A stretch of DNA of 64,000 bases from Lingula anatina (lineage: Eukaryota > Animalia > Brachiopoda): NCBI GenBank assembly GCA_051362555.1, contig CM120646.1, positions 19,964,001 through 20,028,000 of the forward strand. Reading direction: 5' to 3'. Every line of letters starts with the position of its first letter. Position 1 is the first letter of the stretch. The notes beneath the pieces were generated by a model. That model had not been told where the DNA came from. It saw only the letters and a list, made by a program, of their open reading frames with translations, and did not search any database. The position numbers were made by a program, and so were the translations under genes. Shown here one piece after another: positions 1 through 51,612 of the stretch.

Positions 1-645
1 GCTGCAGCTAATATTCGGATCAGAATGGCATCAAAATGACAAAAGAAGATACAGGAAGAAAGGGAAGATAACAGGAATGTTGGATAGAGGCAACAGATGA
101 AAGCTGGGTATTGATTGGACAGAGGTCTCACTGAAGAGCCAATGGGAAATCTGCTTCTACTTGAAAGATGGAAATGAAAATAAACATTGAAGAGGATTTG
201 ATAAAAATAAATTGAAAGAGGAAATGTATCATTACAATCAAATAGCATAAAATAAAAGGAAACAAAATGTAAAAAGACCGAGGGTCCTCCAGGTTACCAA
301 ACATATAGTTTAAAATGCCAGGAATTTTTAATGATGCTATTATTCATTAAATGAGGACCAATGAAAGAAGGAAAAGTTGGATAAATTTTGATGATGGACA
401 ATGGTGACTTTTATTACATTACCCCCCCTATACTCTTAGTGCAATATCACAATAAATGGGAAAGCATAGTCCTCTATAACAAGTGTATCTTATTGTCTGT
501 GTGATATCTAGCACATAGTTACACAGGCATACACATTTTTTGGCTATTTTAAAATAACATGTGAGGTGACAGCCAGAATTGGTAATTGGGGAAATTTATA
601 ACTGACCCCAAGAAAAACCTTAATGCTGCCAAATGAGGAAAAAAA

Positions 646-646
<1 letters not shown>

Positions 647-688
<42 letters not shown>
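647..688. repeat. (TG)n microsatellite
   Basis: Read directly from the sequence. Confidence 0.95.
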
Positions 689-689
<1 letters not shown>

Positions 690-845
690 AGATATATGGA
701 TGTAGAACATACTAAATAAGCAAAACATTTATAGTAGATTTTCCCAGATATTGCTGCTAATGAACAGACAGACAAATGGACAGAACGACAAAAATATGCC
801 AATAGGTTACTGGACCAAAAAGTCAGGTAACCTAAAAAAATAATT

Positions 846-846
846 A

Positions 847-897
<51 letters not shown>

Positions 898-898
898 A
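846..898. repeat. (TAAA)n microsatellite
   Basis: Read directly; another copy at ~27116-27161. Confidence 0.95.
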
Positions 899-1202
899 AG
901 ACTGAGGTTACTAAGGGACAACACTTTCCACACTGGGTTCTGACACCCACTGGTGATTTTGACAGGTTAACTGGGAACAGTGTAGGGACCAAACATGAGA
1001 GGTGAATACAATGCCCTTCACACCACCTTGTTCAAGCAGTGTCCACAGAAAATAAAAAGAATATTGGGAAAGGGGTGGGGGTGGGGGGTGGGGGGTGTTC
1101 CAAACTCTACGGGAAAATTGGGTGGCAAAACTGCAGTTGGTGAAGATGGACAGGGGAAAAAGGGCAAAAAAGGTTCAAACTTTGAAGGTATGGTAAGGCA
1201 AG

Positions 1203-1246
<44 letters not shown>

Positions 1247-2211
1247 GAAAAGGATGGGACACAAAGATATCCATGATCTGGTATCCTTTGGGTAAAAAGG
1301 TCCAAACTTGGAGGAAAAGGTAGGTGACACACAGGTCACTTGATCAATGAGGGGAAAAGGGAAGTGGAAAAAGGTCAAATCATGTGGTGGATAGAGGGTG
1401 AATCACACAAATCGCACTGGCACAGTGCATGTTTATATTCCACAGCTACGAGGGTTGGGGTGGTGTGAAAAAACTCTATGTGAGACAGCACATTAGATAG
1501 GATATCTTAAACAATTTTTTTTATAAATTATGTATTACCCATATGCAGACCAGAGATGTTTTTTCATCAACTACATTTCTAGCAAATAGGAATAATTGAA
1601 AAGTGGTGTATATGGTTTCATTATTACAAAATAAATCTTTTTTTTTTAAATAATAAAGCTGACTGAATTGATTCCAGGTAAAAGACGCCAAAGAATTTGT
1701 GACTGGATGGTTAAAAGGGTCTAAATGCTGGTAACAAAATAATTTCAGAAACCATTACCAAAAGGTGCCCCTTGGGTCAATGCCAATATTTTCAAAAGAA
1801 AACAAATTCTAAGTTGACTTCAGATCAGATCAACCAGATGCCCATCTAATTAAATTAAAAGGGTTAGTCATCAATATCAAATTTTTTTGTAATGAATTGA
1901 TATAAAGGATATAATTCCGCATGAATAAAAAAAGGATTCCAAAATAATTGAACTAAATGACTTCCAGATTTAAAAATAAAAAACAAATCAATGTGGTATG
2001 AAGTTTGGGGTAGGTATGGGATGGGTACCATGAAAATGGTGGATGGGTATGTACTGGTGCTGGTTTTGTGTTTCCTGGTAGGTAAAATGGAATGGGTAAC
2101 AACAGCACAGAGATACTGGAAGTAGAAAGAGGGCAATGAACAGACTCTACTGCATTGCTTTCAATAGTACAGGCTGTTCAACCCCCTGACAGCAGGCCTT
2201 GCCATTAGCTT

Positions 2212-40255
<38,044 letters not shown>

Positions 40256-42607
40256 ATGGAAATATTTATCTCGACAAATCTTCTTCCAATTTCAAAGTCT
40301 TACACCCTAAAAAATACAATATTTAAAAGTAAGAAGTCAAATAAGGTCTTAAATTTTTTTTCAAAAAGTTCAGTGTCTTGCACCTAAAGTTTCCATTTTT
40401 TTCCTAAAGGGGATGAAAATGATTAATTTCAATGACAAAACAAAATTTTTCATTTGAGCTCTTCTAGACACACTACCATGGAATCCACATCCTGTAAAAG
40501 TAACTACAAAAGAACAGAAATAAAGAAATCAAATCCCAAGTAAATATTCATGAATGTGCATAATTATGAATGTGCAAAACAAAAACATGTGTAACTATAA
40601 AAGTAATAACATTTTGTCAACCACATCACTGTCATTCCTAGGAACTGCGATTGACCTTTCTTGACCTGGACTGACAATTACGGCCTGTGTGTATTTCTGA
40701 GAACAGCAAGCCATTATTTCAATAATGAAATGTACAGTAATACCATTGATATTTCTCTGAAGACTGATTTATCTTATCTCCATCTTCTTTCTCTTTACTA
40801 CTTTTTCCAAATAAAAAAGCCTTCAATCTGTGTTCTCTGTCATATCTAACATACTGTGGTTCACTGCCTAATTACTCATACTTCATTCAAAAAGCAGCTC
40901 TTTAAATTGTCAAATTCAAAACTTTTCTAGATCACACGAGGCCTTTATCACAATAACAGAAATACTGAGCCAGATGATTGGCAGAAAAAGCTGAAAAAGT
41001 CAGATATTCCTTGAGGTTATTTTTCCACAGTGGATCATCATCTCCTTCATAACAAGTTTTATAACTTGTCTAAAACAAATAAAAGACATGTGATTGGGCA
41101 ATTCAGAAGTCATTCTGGTTGAATAAACAGTGAAAAGATATGAAGCCCAACATGCATTATATATCTTGAAGAGTAAAATTTACCGAGATTCTAGACAGTT
41201 TTATCAAACTGTCTATTCACCTCTCCTGACTGCATAGGAACACAAAGACAGTGATTTTCATAAAATCACCACAAGAGAACATATCAAAAACTGCAAGTGA
41301 CATTCCTCAAGTTTTGTCCTAGCTTCTCCAATCTTCTCCATAACACATACATACCTCCCATAACCAGCCACTTTCCCTCCTAACAGCTTTGTCCATTAAA
41401 AGGAAACCTGTCTGCAAAATCTCCAATATCACCTTAAGATATCACACTCAACAAAGCCTGGTTGGCTCCGGCTCTGTATTGGATTCAAACCAAATTTCCA
41501 AGAAACACACAAGTCAGTTCTTCAGAAGATACAGATAAGATCTCCAGTGACACTTTCACTTGTCTTTTGCTTCCAAACAATCAGCGCTCCACCATGGTGA
41601 TACCGTGTACCATCATGTCTGGTTAGAGGACGTCTGATTAATCCTCACATATGGCAAATGGCATATAGGGACCTGATATTGGCAGGAAATCCATTGAGCT
41701 GCCGAGCAAACAAACCATCTTACACATAGGAGGACTGATTGCTGTACTCCAGGAAATGTAACAGCCTTATCAACTGGCAGGCCATTGTTTCTTAATGGGC
41801 CCTAAACAGGGATAAACCATGTTGCCTTTTTTATGCATTACATCAGGAAGATAGATATTTCTTTCTTTTCTTTTTTTTTATTTTGTAGAAACTGAGGCCC
41901 TGGGTTGGTTGTCCATTTTCCATGACACTTAACAAAGAATAAAGAAAAGCATTTTTTTTTTTTTTTGGTTCAAATTGACCATTTTACATGACACTGCTTC
42001 CTTTTCTGAAAAGCACAGGGAAACATAATTTTTGTATAAGCTAGGGCATTGAGTTAACCCTATTATATGATACCTAATTGTGATTTGAAAAGAAAAAACC
42101 CTGACAATTGCTATGTCTTGGCCATATTACCAGGCGCTGCATTGTGTCCTAATAGCCCTAAAGACTGGTTATCAATGGCGGTATTTTATGCAAGACACTG
42201 ATTGCGCTTTACAAACACAATAAATCATCCTCTCTCCTGGGCCCCCTGGAGTCCACCTAGAGCCTCTGCAACCCAGCAGATCAATAGCCTATAACTAAAT
42301 CCATAATTCAAATCAATCACTTAGTAATAGTGCCCACTGGGGGCATACTAATGATCCTCTCCAATCCAAACAGTGCAGAGGACACTCCCAGAAAAGCCAA
42401 CTGTTTCATTATGATTCTATCCAAATTCAAAAATCTATACTGTTATGTAAGCCTTTATTTACTGTGCTGGTGGCTAATACCTGATATTTCTGTGAGGCAG
42501 AGGGGGCTTTGTGCCGGGCCTCGGCTGTCAATATGAAAATTAGCTTCAATTGTGTAATGTTGTTCAGATCAATAGAAAAATATTGTGATCAGATTCAACC
42601 AGACATA

Positions 42608-42914
42608 GGTCGTGTTCACACACAGACACACTTTAGACCTGATCACATGTTGGTCGCGTTCACATACAAACACACTTGAGACCTGTGTTATTTGGTCATT
42701 GAGTGACATCAAAATTCTGTACCTATTTAAATATTAACACACCTAAAAGAAACCTAACTTGTTTCTAAAAAGAGTGAAATCCATTTCAAATATCACCCCT
42801 GAAACATTTCTGGAGAGAGAACTTTTGTCAATGATATATTGGAATTTGGTGTGTAATTATTCTTGTACAAGAAGTCCATTCTAGGTCTAAATTAGATGGG
42901 GTGTGAACCGGACC
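42608..42914. mobile_element. Degenerate Harbinger-like MITE with a duplicated left end
   Basis: GGTCGTGTTCACAC versus GTGTGAACCGGACC termini; the left ~40 bp is repeated in tandem. Confidence 0.4.
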
Positions 42915-45499
42915 AGAGTTGGAATCATTTGCTCTAATCTAACAAAGCTTTGTCCTAACTGATTCATAATCAACATTCAGATAAATAAGCCAATCAAATG
43001 TTCATTTACATGGAAGGCAAGCATGTTTATTCAGCAAGCAGACGTGTGGATGTGTGAACAGTGACGTGGAAATGACAAAGACTGAAGACAAGATTGCTGC
43101 AACTGCTTACCTGGATAATAACCATGATATTAATATTCTTTATTTGATTTATTTTGGAATGAATAAATGATTGAATGAATAGATAAAAGAAAAAAAACAT
43201 CAAAGAAAAATTCACAAAGAAATAAAGACCAAATCAAACAGCAGAAAAAATAATCAAATGCCCATGTTGAGTGAAGAGCACAATCCCCTGAAAGTGAGAA
43301 ATATCTTCACATTCTCCAAACTCAATAAAACTAGCCACTTCAGCAGTATAGGCTGACCAAGTAAGATACCCCTTTCCACACCAGAAGTTCTCTACATGGT
43401 TCATTAAATATAAAGTCAGATAAATTTCTCCGATGACCATCTGATATAATTTTTGCTCAAGGAGAGAAGGAAACCATGCAGTTTTCCTGGCAATCTGATG
43501 AAATGAGGTCAAGTAGCATAGTAAAGGTCGTAGCAGAAGTTAACAAGTCTACCAGAGCAGGTAAGTTAACAACTCTACCAGATGAGGATTCTCTCCATAA
43601 GGAGGAAGAGACCTCTTAAAATGTCCATCAATCACGTTGGTTTGTAATGGATCCTTACAAGTGTGTGCCCCTACCTTGCCCCAGGTGGCTATCTCACTTT
43701 CAAAAACAACCAACTACTTTCTTTACGACTTGTTTTCACATGGAGATTTTTCAAATGGAGAAAAACATCTGGAGAAGGAAAATGAAGACATCATGATGAC
43801 CACATTACGATATTTCTCATCCTATGCTTTCTCAGGCATTGGGAATAGGTTACTAGCTCCAACATTCAAAACAAATGACTGATTTTTTATTTTTTTCTCT
43901 ATTCAAAACATATTTCAATATGTAGTTATTTGTAATTTCTTCAAAAAATTATAAAATTTTTGAAAGACAACTCACAATTCTGAACATTTGGAAACATCAT
44001 TTCAGGTTTCAATAATAATAATAATAATAATAAAATATTTTGGAGAAACAAATGATTTTGTTAGAATTTAGTTAATTCTGCTATCCAATGTGCTTATATC
44101 ATGAAGGCACTGGAAATGGTCTTTAGCATTCTGTGGTGAGCAGAAACAACTGGCGTTACCGCAGACACATTTGTCCATAAGAGCCATCACGTGAGCTACC
44201 ATTACGTTCAGTTGCCTTTTGCCATTTCAGCTCTGTCCTGACAGAAACAGAAGAAAGAAACAAATATGGCTACTACACTATGGTGAAATTTCAAGCAATG
44301 GTTCAGCTGAACCAAGACTTACCCTATATATGATAGTTTGTACTGTAATATGTTTTGTTTTTTTTTTTTTAATTTTTGATGCGTCTTTGAAAGGTCAACA
44401 GTTTACTTTTAGCAGCTTGTACAGTTAACATTTTATATCACCAGAAAGCTTAAATCATATTCATCTTAACAATAAGTGGGCTCAAAAGAAATACGAGGCA
44501 TAATTTACATAAAATGTAGAAAATTGTATTAATATTCTTTGACCTTTTTTTTTTTATTAATCAACAAATAATCCACTTAATATCAGTATAAAACTCTCTC
44601 CTAATACTTCACAAAATCAGACTTCAATACTAAGAACAACCCACATATTGATAAAGTGGTAAACAGGATATGGTTTTTAAAAAATCAGGTTTTAGTTAAT
44701 TAAACTGTTCTTGAGTAATGAGTACTTTTAGTATCCATCAACATTTGTACAGTGGCACATCCTACTTTTGTCCACTGCTTCATCACTCTCCTCAGATTTT
44801 TCACGTCAAAACACCACATCTAAAAGTGATTGGTTCTCACATACAACACAAAAGAAGTTTCTGAACTACAAGATGGATCTTGAAAAAAATGTTTAAAATA
44901 TGATCATATGGTTCTTATTGTTCTGTGTTAAGGAAAGACGGATTTGTAGACAAGAGAGATCAAAAAGACATCCAACTCCATACAAGTGTTCTTGATCTTG
45001 ATGCATTTGAAGTATTCAGTGGCATCTAACGTAAACCTTTCCACACATAAATGTGAAAAACAGCAATATGAACACAAGTTGTGCCTCTGGGTACCAGGAT
45101 AAAAATAACCTTCATCCAAAGTGTAAATTAAAGAAAGGGCCAACAAAATGTATTTATTTCAATGCAGATGTAAGAGATATATTCAACAAGTTTATTTACA
45201 CATCTTTGTTGTTACTGTAGTATAATTAGTAGTATAATGTAGTATAATTACCATTTTTATGAAAAATATAATGTGTAAGAGTGACACCACATTCAAAAGT
45301 TATAAGAATAAAGCACATTTATATTAATTGTGTATAAAAGTGTATCTACATATTTGTCTCTGCCTAGTTCACAAACCTTCAAGTAACTTATTCACAATCT
45401 ATTCAAGCCCCAAGTTTCACTGCAAAGCCTTGATGTCGAAACAGTAGCCAAGAACTGTCCGAATGCGATAACTAGTCGCGTGCACACCAGGGAACTCAC

Positions 45500-45600
45500 C
45501 CTGCAGGTGTGTGCAAATATCACACGCGACCAGCGCCTCCTCGCCCTTGATTTCTGAGCTCGGTGGTATTTCAAAGCGATTCAGCTTATCACTTAAATAA
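45500..45600 (-). other. Candidate non-coding 5'UTR exon or alternative first exon of PCBP
   Basis: Consensus donor AGG|GTGAGT at 45500/45499 within a locally CpG-rich patch (45440-45580); the 5' boundary is unknown. Confidence 0.35.
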
Positions 45601-48600
45601 ATACTGGCTGAACTTTTCCTGCTGTTTGGGTGGAAATCCTACAGGGATTGTTTCCACAAACATCACTTTCTGTTGGCTTTTCTAAATGTGCTTAGATTTA
45701 CTTTCATAGTGATCTAGGAAAAAATCTCAATTTTGCTATCTTTGAACTCAAAAGTTTTATAATTCTTCTTTTTCAGCTGAAAAAAAATCTATCAGAAGTA
45801 ATATACAAATCTGTTTCCTTTTTAGCCAATATAAGTTGAGGATGCCAACTCCAACTGTCCACTGCAAGTGCAACAGATTTTTATATCATGTATTTTGAGG
45901 CACAAAAGAGTTTTGTATTCACTACTTTGTTTAGCAATTCATGCCAATGGTACGCACACGGTATAGTCCACTTCTTTGCCCATGTATATTTCCTATAAAT
46001 AACCATACCACTTCAAAAAAATATGAGGTAGAAGAGCCATGGCTGAGTGCAGCCTTGCTCTTATTTCTTCTTTTTATTTGAAAAAAAAAAATTACAGTCA
46101 CAGTTGATAACTTTTCCTTATCCATATACTTATTGGTGATAGAATATAATTATCATACCACTTTCCATTTCAAAAGAAATGATGTTTAACATAAAGCAGT
46201 CTAATACTTGGGTTGAGTTTATGGCATCTTAAATACATAGCGTTTAAAAGTCTATAATGAAATACTTGATGTTACTGTATGTGCCATTATTTGCATATCA
46301 AACAAAAAACTAATTATCTATAATAATTAATAAGCTATAAGAGGCAAATTGTTTGTTCAACACTTACCAAGGTACTTTATATCTAATCAAAAGATATAAC
46401 TAGGAAGATGTATCTGAAGACATTGTTACTTTATAAATCTTATGAACTGTCCCTTAAAATTCATTTCCGTGTATTAAGTCCTGACTACAATATCAAGCAC
46501 TAAAGACAAGTTGCCATGGTAACTTTGATTGCTTATGTGGTTTCTTTGTGGCAAAAGTTTTAAATTTGAATCATGTATCAAATTCAACAGAAAAAAAATG
46601 CGGCATCCATTTAAAAATGAAAAGATTTTATAAATTATTTTTATAAACTCCAAAACTTATATTAGTATCAGTAAGTTCCTCGTACATCACACCATCACCA
46701 CTATCATAATATCTTATATATAAACCTGCTTCTTAACATAAAATAATAAATCTTTCTCTGTTCTAAAATTATACATGTCTAATACACTGAACGAATCAGT
46801 TATGATGAGCAAATTCAAAGAACACATTCAAATGTCTTATAGAAGTTATTTTCACATTCCCCCATCAATCCTACCTCATTCTCTGACCCAGCATACACTA
46901 CGACTGAGAATATCCGTGTGTCTCTAACCCCAGCCCATGAAGTTCCAGGGTGGACCCCAAACATACATCTCAATAGATGTTGCCATGGTGATCAACAGGA
47001 GCTCCAATGGCTCTATGCCCATCTCCATAATTTTGAGGTTAGCAAAAATTATTATTAATATCTGGTAGCTTGTGAGATGTTTTATAGAGGCCGGTGAAGC
47101 ACACAGGTGGAACGGCAGGTTATCATCATCCGACACGATTATGAGCTTATTGCTACCTGCAATAATGTATGTTGCCATGGCAACCAGGTACTTTATGCCA
47201 AAAAATGTATCTAATGTTTGGTCATCAATTATCTCGTGTACATGCATCTTAAAACATGTTCTACATATCTTTAAGTCCAGTGATAAGGATTTTATCTTAA
47301 TCAACCTGAAATATATTTCAGAGAACAGTTGACTGCCATTTTGCATCTTAAAAAATCTTAATGTCTTTGACAGCTTATAATTGGACTCACAAAGTTAGAA
47401 AAGTCTTCAAATTAAACCATGTTTTCTTCTACTCTTACCTATCCAAAGATTTTTATGAGAAGAAAGGTGAATTAAAAACATAGTTATCACAGAAGTTTCA
47501 TGAATATTAACTTAATATATACCCTTTAGCATCCTTTTTAAAAATTCCAATTGGAATTCATAAAGTGATAAAAGATTTAAATTTGATATCTAAAGTAAAT
47601 ACTACAACTAAAGTATCATGTATAATAATTACCTTTCTTTACCTTTGCTTATACAATTGAATTTTAAACTGATGGCCAACACGATAATATGACACAAGTT
47701 ATCAAATCTGATATTCGATGGTTAGGATGGGAATATGGTGCATTTCCAAACCATTAAACAAATTTATCCCTTTCCCACATTATCAGATAACAACAGTGGC
47801 ACAATTGCCAAACAATCATATATTCAGCATTTGACGATTATCAGGCCTTCATTCCTTCCTCTTCATTCCTTCCTCAAACCAGCTGCACTACTTACACTGG
47901 GGCATTTTAACCTCCCCCCCCCCCCCCAATAATACAGGAAATGTGGGACCCTACTTCTACTATAAGGCACATTTGCAGTCCAGTTATGTTCTAATAAAGA
48001 AAGTATTATATATATATCTCTGTTGTACCTCCCCTCCTCCCCCCCCCAAAAAAAAAAAAAAAAAAATGCATTAACTTTTTCACATCCGAGTCACTAACAA
48101 AGGCACAGACCCTTTGTCTACATATCTGCCAAAAATAATGATTTCAGTCAAAATTTGGCAAATTATCATCAGGCGGCACCGTCGTGGGTAGGCTCGCTAA
48201 TCTGATTACATCCATGATTACGAGATTACCTTTCATTTGTTCTGTAAGTCAATCATCACAGATTACAAAGCGGCTCACAATGTAATCAATAATGGCCTCA
48301 CAATTAAGCCATTTCATCATGCAGTTTTACAGTACACCTCTAGAAGCAGTGACAAAGCAATTTTCATTTCACTTCATTAAAGAAGCTTAATTGCTCTTGG
48401 TCTTCATATTGACATGCATAATTCTTACAGAGAAATTTATTTGTAAAACTTAGCTGCTTATGGTTTTTATTAACATTTCTGTCCTAACGTGCACAGTACA
48501 TTAGTGATGTAATCTGCCAATAATGTAGCAAGAAAAGATTTCACCATAAGCTTTTTAATCAAATGAATTATCCAAGCCAGAGGTTGGCATTTTCTAATTT

Positions 48601-50186
48601 CTAATCTATTTCCATTCTCCTTCAACTCCTCTCTCTCTCTCTCTCTCATCTACATGTATATATCTCCTTTGCACCTGCACTCCACAACAAAAAACATTAA
48701 AATATAGCATTCTGATAAAAGCCTCAAACAATCAATTCATAATATATTTGGGTCTCTGGATGAAAATTTCTTCAATCATATTTCTTTCTAATTGGAAGCC
48801 AGATGCAGCTTTTTACATCCAGCAGCACCTAGCCAAATTGTTATATGAAGAGCTCTTTTGCATCTGTCAATCAAGAGGAGCCATTTCGCAGTCTGGCACC
48901 TTCAGTCATGGCTCATTATGGTTCTGATAAAAAGTGAGATGTCAGAATACGCCTCATTCACAAGACACCTCACAGGTCTTGCCTTGGATGGAATTGATCA
49001 ATGAGATTTTGGCAAATAACAGTTTTATATCTTACAATTAAGTGGTTGAAGAATTAAATTAATATAATTGACATTTGGCTAAACCAACTTCATTAGTGTG
49101 AGCTCAGTTTCTTAAGTTGAATACAGGGTAACTTGAATACTTATTCTCCATGTACATCACAAGCTTTTTCATTCTTTTTTTCTTTTCAGGTTTACTTGAA
49201 CCCTGTTATTGTTAACCAAATGAAAAACGATAAATCTGAACTTTTGTCATTGAATTATTCATATTAGAATGAGTAAATAATTCAATTTTAGAAATACCAC
49301 TTAGTGTGAAAATTTAATTATAATAAATAGCCCGACTGATCATTCATATGTTCAACAAGTCTTTAAAAAATATACCGACTTCACATGAAGTGCGCACCAT
49401 GAAATAAACACAGCTCAAACACAGGAGACCATATATTTTAACCTAAGACTAAAATTAAACATGATGACAATTTAAGATGACTTTAAACTACAATCAGATT
49501 TTCTTGTGTCTTAGTTAATGCTGTGAGACCATGAAATCAAATTTAGCAGGCCTGAACTGGTGTGGCATGACTCTACCAACCTGCAGCTAAACTGTACTGT
49601 GATATCAGTATTTAGTGGCTAAAAGGTATTTTCTTTTGATAATAGGGAAAACAGGTGAAACCTTCTTAACCAACATTTCAACAAAGGCTGTTAAACTGTA
49701 TCAGCGCACAGATAGTAAAACAGAAAAAAGACGTCATCATTACTGACACTCAACTCTCTTGCAACAGGAAAAACTTAACGGCGCAATTGTTATAGCACGT
49801 GGCAGATCTATTGCACTGGACAATGCAGGGGAGGCTCATGGGAATAATAGGAGGTTGATGTCTGGTGAGTCGTCTTTGTTATGTCTGAGTTTGCTGAGTT
49901 TGCGCACTGATTGAAAGGGTTGACTGAAGTCAGAGTGATCAAGCAGTTTGAATAATTTAATGAATTGTTGTAAATTTGGCAATTTTGTTAACACTTCATA
50001 CAATTTTTCACGTGTTCACTGCATGGGGTATTTTCATTTAGTTAAAATTCTAATCTAAGTTCAGTCTCACAAAGCCACTACGACCATCATATCAGTATAT
50101 AGTATGTATAACATATAGTTGGTCCACAGAGGGATAAGAATGGCTGCCAATGGTGAGAAGATAGATCATACTGAGAAAGAGCAATC

Positions 50187-50470
50187 CATCCTGGGGACCA
50201 TTCAGAATAGATGATCCCAGTACTAACTGATCCGCTGACTAAATATGTCCGACCACACTTCAAAAACCATGCCGCTAATTTCCTGATTGTCTCCTCGCCT
50301 CCACATGCACCATCACTGTAGGGGTCTAGCAATTAAACCTTGCAGCTGAGATTTAATCCATTTAAAGGCCCGTGTGGAGGCGGAGAGACCATCGGAAATC
50401 AACGGCATCGCAAATTTAGTTGGCGGATCAGTTAGTACTTGGATCATCTTTTCTGAATGGCCCCTTGGAT
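50187..50470. mobile_element. Long-palindrome (fold-back) MITE
   Basis: ~58-bp imperfect terminal arms (CCATTCAGAA.AGATGATCC.AGTACTAACTGATCCGC) plus inner complementary segments TCTC..CGCCTCCACA / TGTGGAGGCGGAGA. Confidence 0.75.
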
Positions 50471-51571
50471 AGAAACAGCTTTAAAATGGCAAGCAGCAAT
50501 ATATATATAGGTATATGCACAAAATGTAAGTAAAGAACAAAGGCTTAAGAAATACAACCCAGACACTACTATAATGGTGTTTATTTCTCGCTCTCCAAAG
50601 CTGGGCCCTGATTTTTCCAATGATATGCTGCCCATTTTTCTGTTAGTAGAGATCGTATCCGTCAAAATGTGGCAAGGAACATATTCTGAGCTCTTACCTG
50701 AAAATTTTGTGTTTTCCTGTCAGATTTTATCTGTAGTACATGCTCCTTTAGCCTGTGTTCCGAGCTCTGGGAATCATTTGCATTATTTTTCTTTCTCTCT
50801 CTCCTCTCTGTGGCAGAAAAGGATATCCTAAAACATACTTTGCTATGACTACTTTCTCCAGCTTGAAAACCTGCCTATGTAATAGTGAATCGAAGAAGTT
50901 TGAATCTTGTGGAAAATGCAAAAAGATTCATCAAAGAGCTCCAAGGGTTTTGAATGCCTTCAAGACAGCCTCCCAGCTGGGCAGCTGATAAAAATCTCTT
51001 CTCGGACTTTCTTGCAGTAATCCAACTTGATCATTAATGAACTGTAAGCAATCTGCTCATACCTGAGCTTAATAGCCCTAGCGGCATATTGAACACATAT
51101 TGGGAAACCTAGCGGACTGGCCTTCTCAACTTTAACTTGACTAGCTTCGGCAAACATCAAACGTTGTATGCACAAACTTAAAACACTCTTCAAACATTTC
51201 ATTGCTATCCAGCTCATTAAGTCTATTGACTGTTTGCACTTCTATGGAAATTTTGACATTTTGTTTCCAGTTTCCATACACCCCGTGCAACCATTATTTT
51301 TCACACAGACTCTGTTATTTTGTTTTGATTTGCTGCATTAATTTCTGATAAGTCATAATGCGTAACATGCATAACTTACACCTTACTAGCATAATTTCAA
51401 CTAAAAAAAGCAAGTATAAATAAGATGAGATTCCCTAACAATTACACAGGAACAGTCAATTTCTTATTTTTCAAATCAGCCAGAAATGAAATTTACACAT
51501 TACAGAACATGGTGCAGTGGCAGCACATCTACTGGAAAACTGCCTGAACTACTATTTTCTTTTTGTTCCAC

Positions 51572-51612
<41 letters not shown>

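Noticed and set aside
46924-47346. 140-aa minus-strand ORF and overlapping 86-aa plus-strand ORF
   Set aside because: No recognisable domain or splice-consistent link to the gene model; lengths are compatible with chance.
49690-49915. Weak inverted symmetry suggesting a MITE or RNA hairpin
   Set aside because: Too degenerate to define termini or a TSD by eye.
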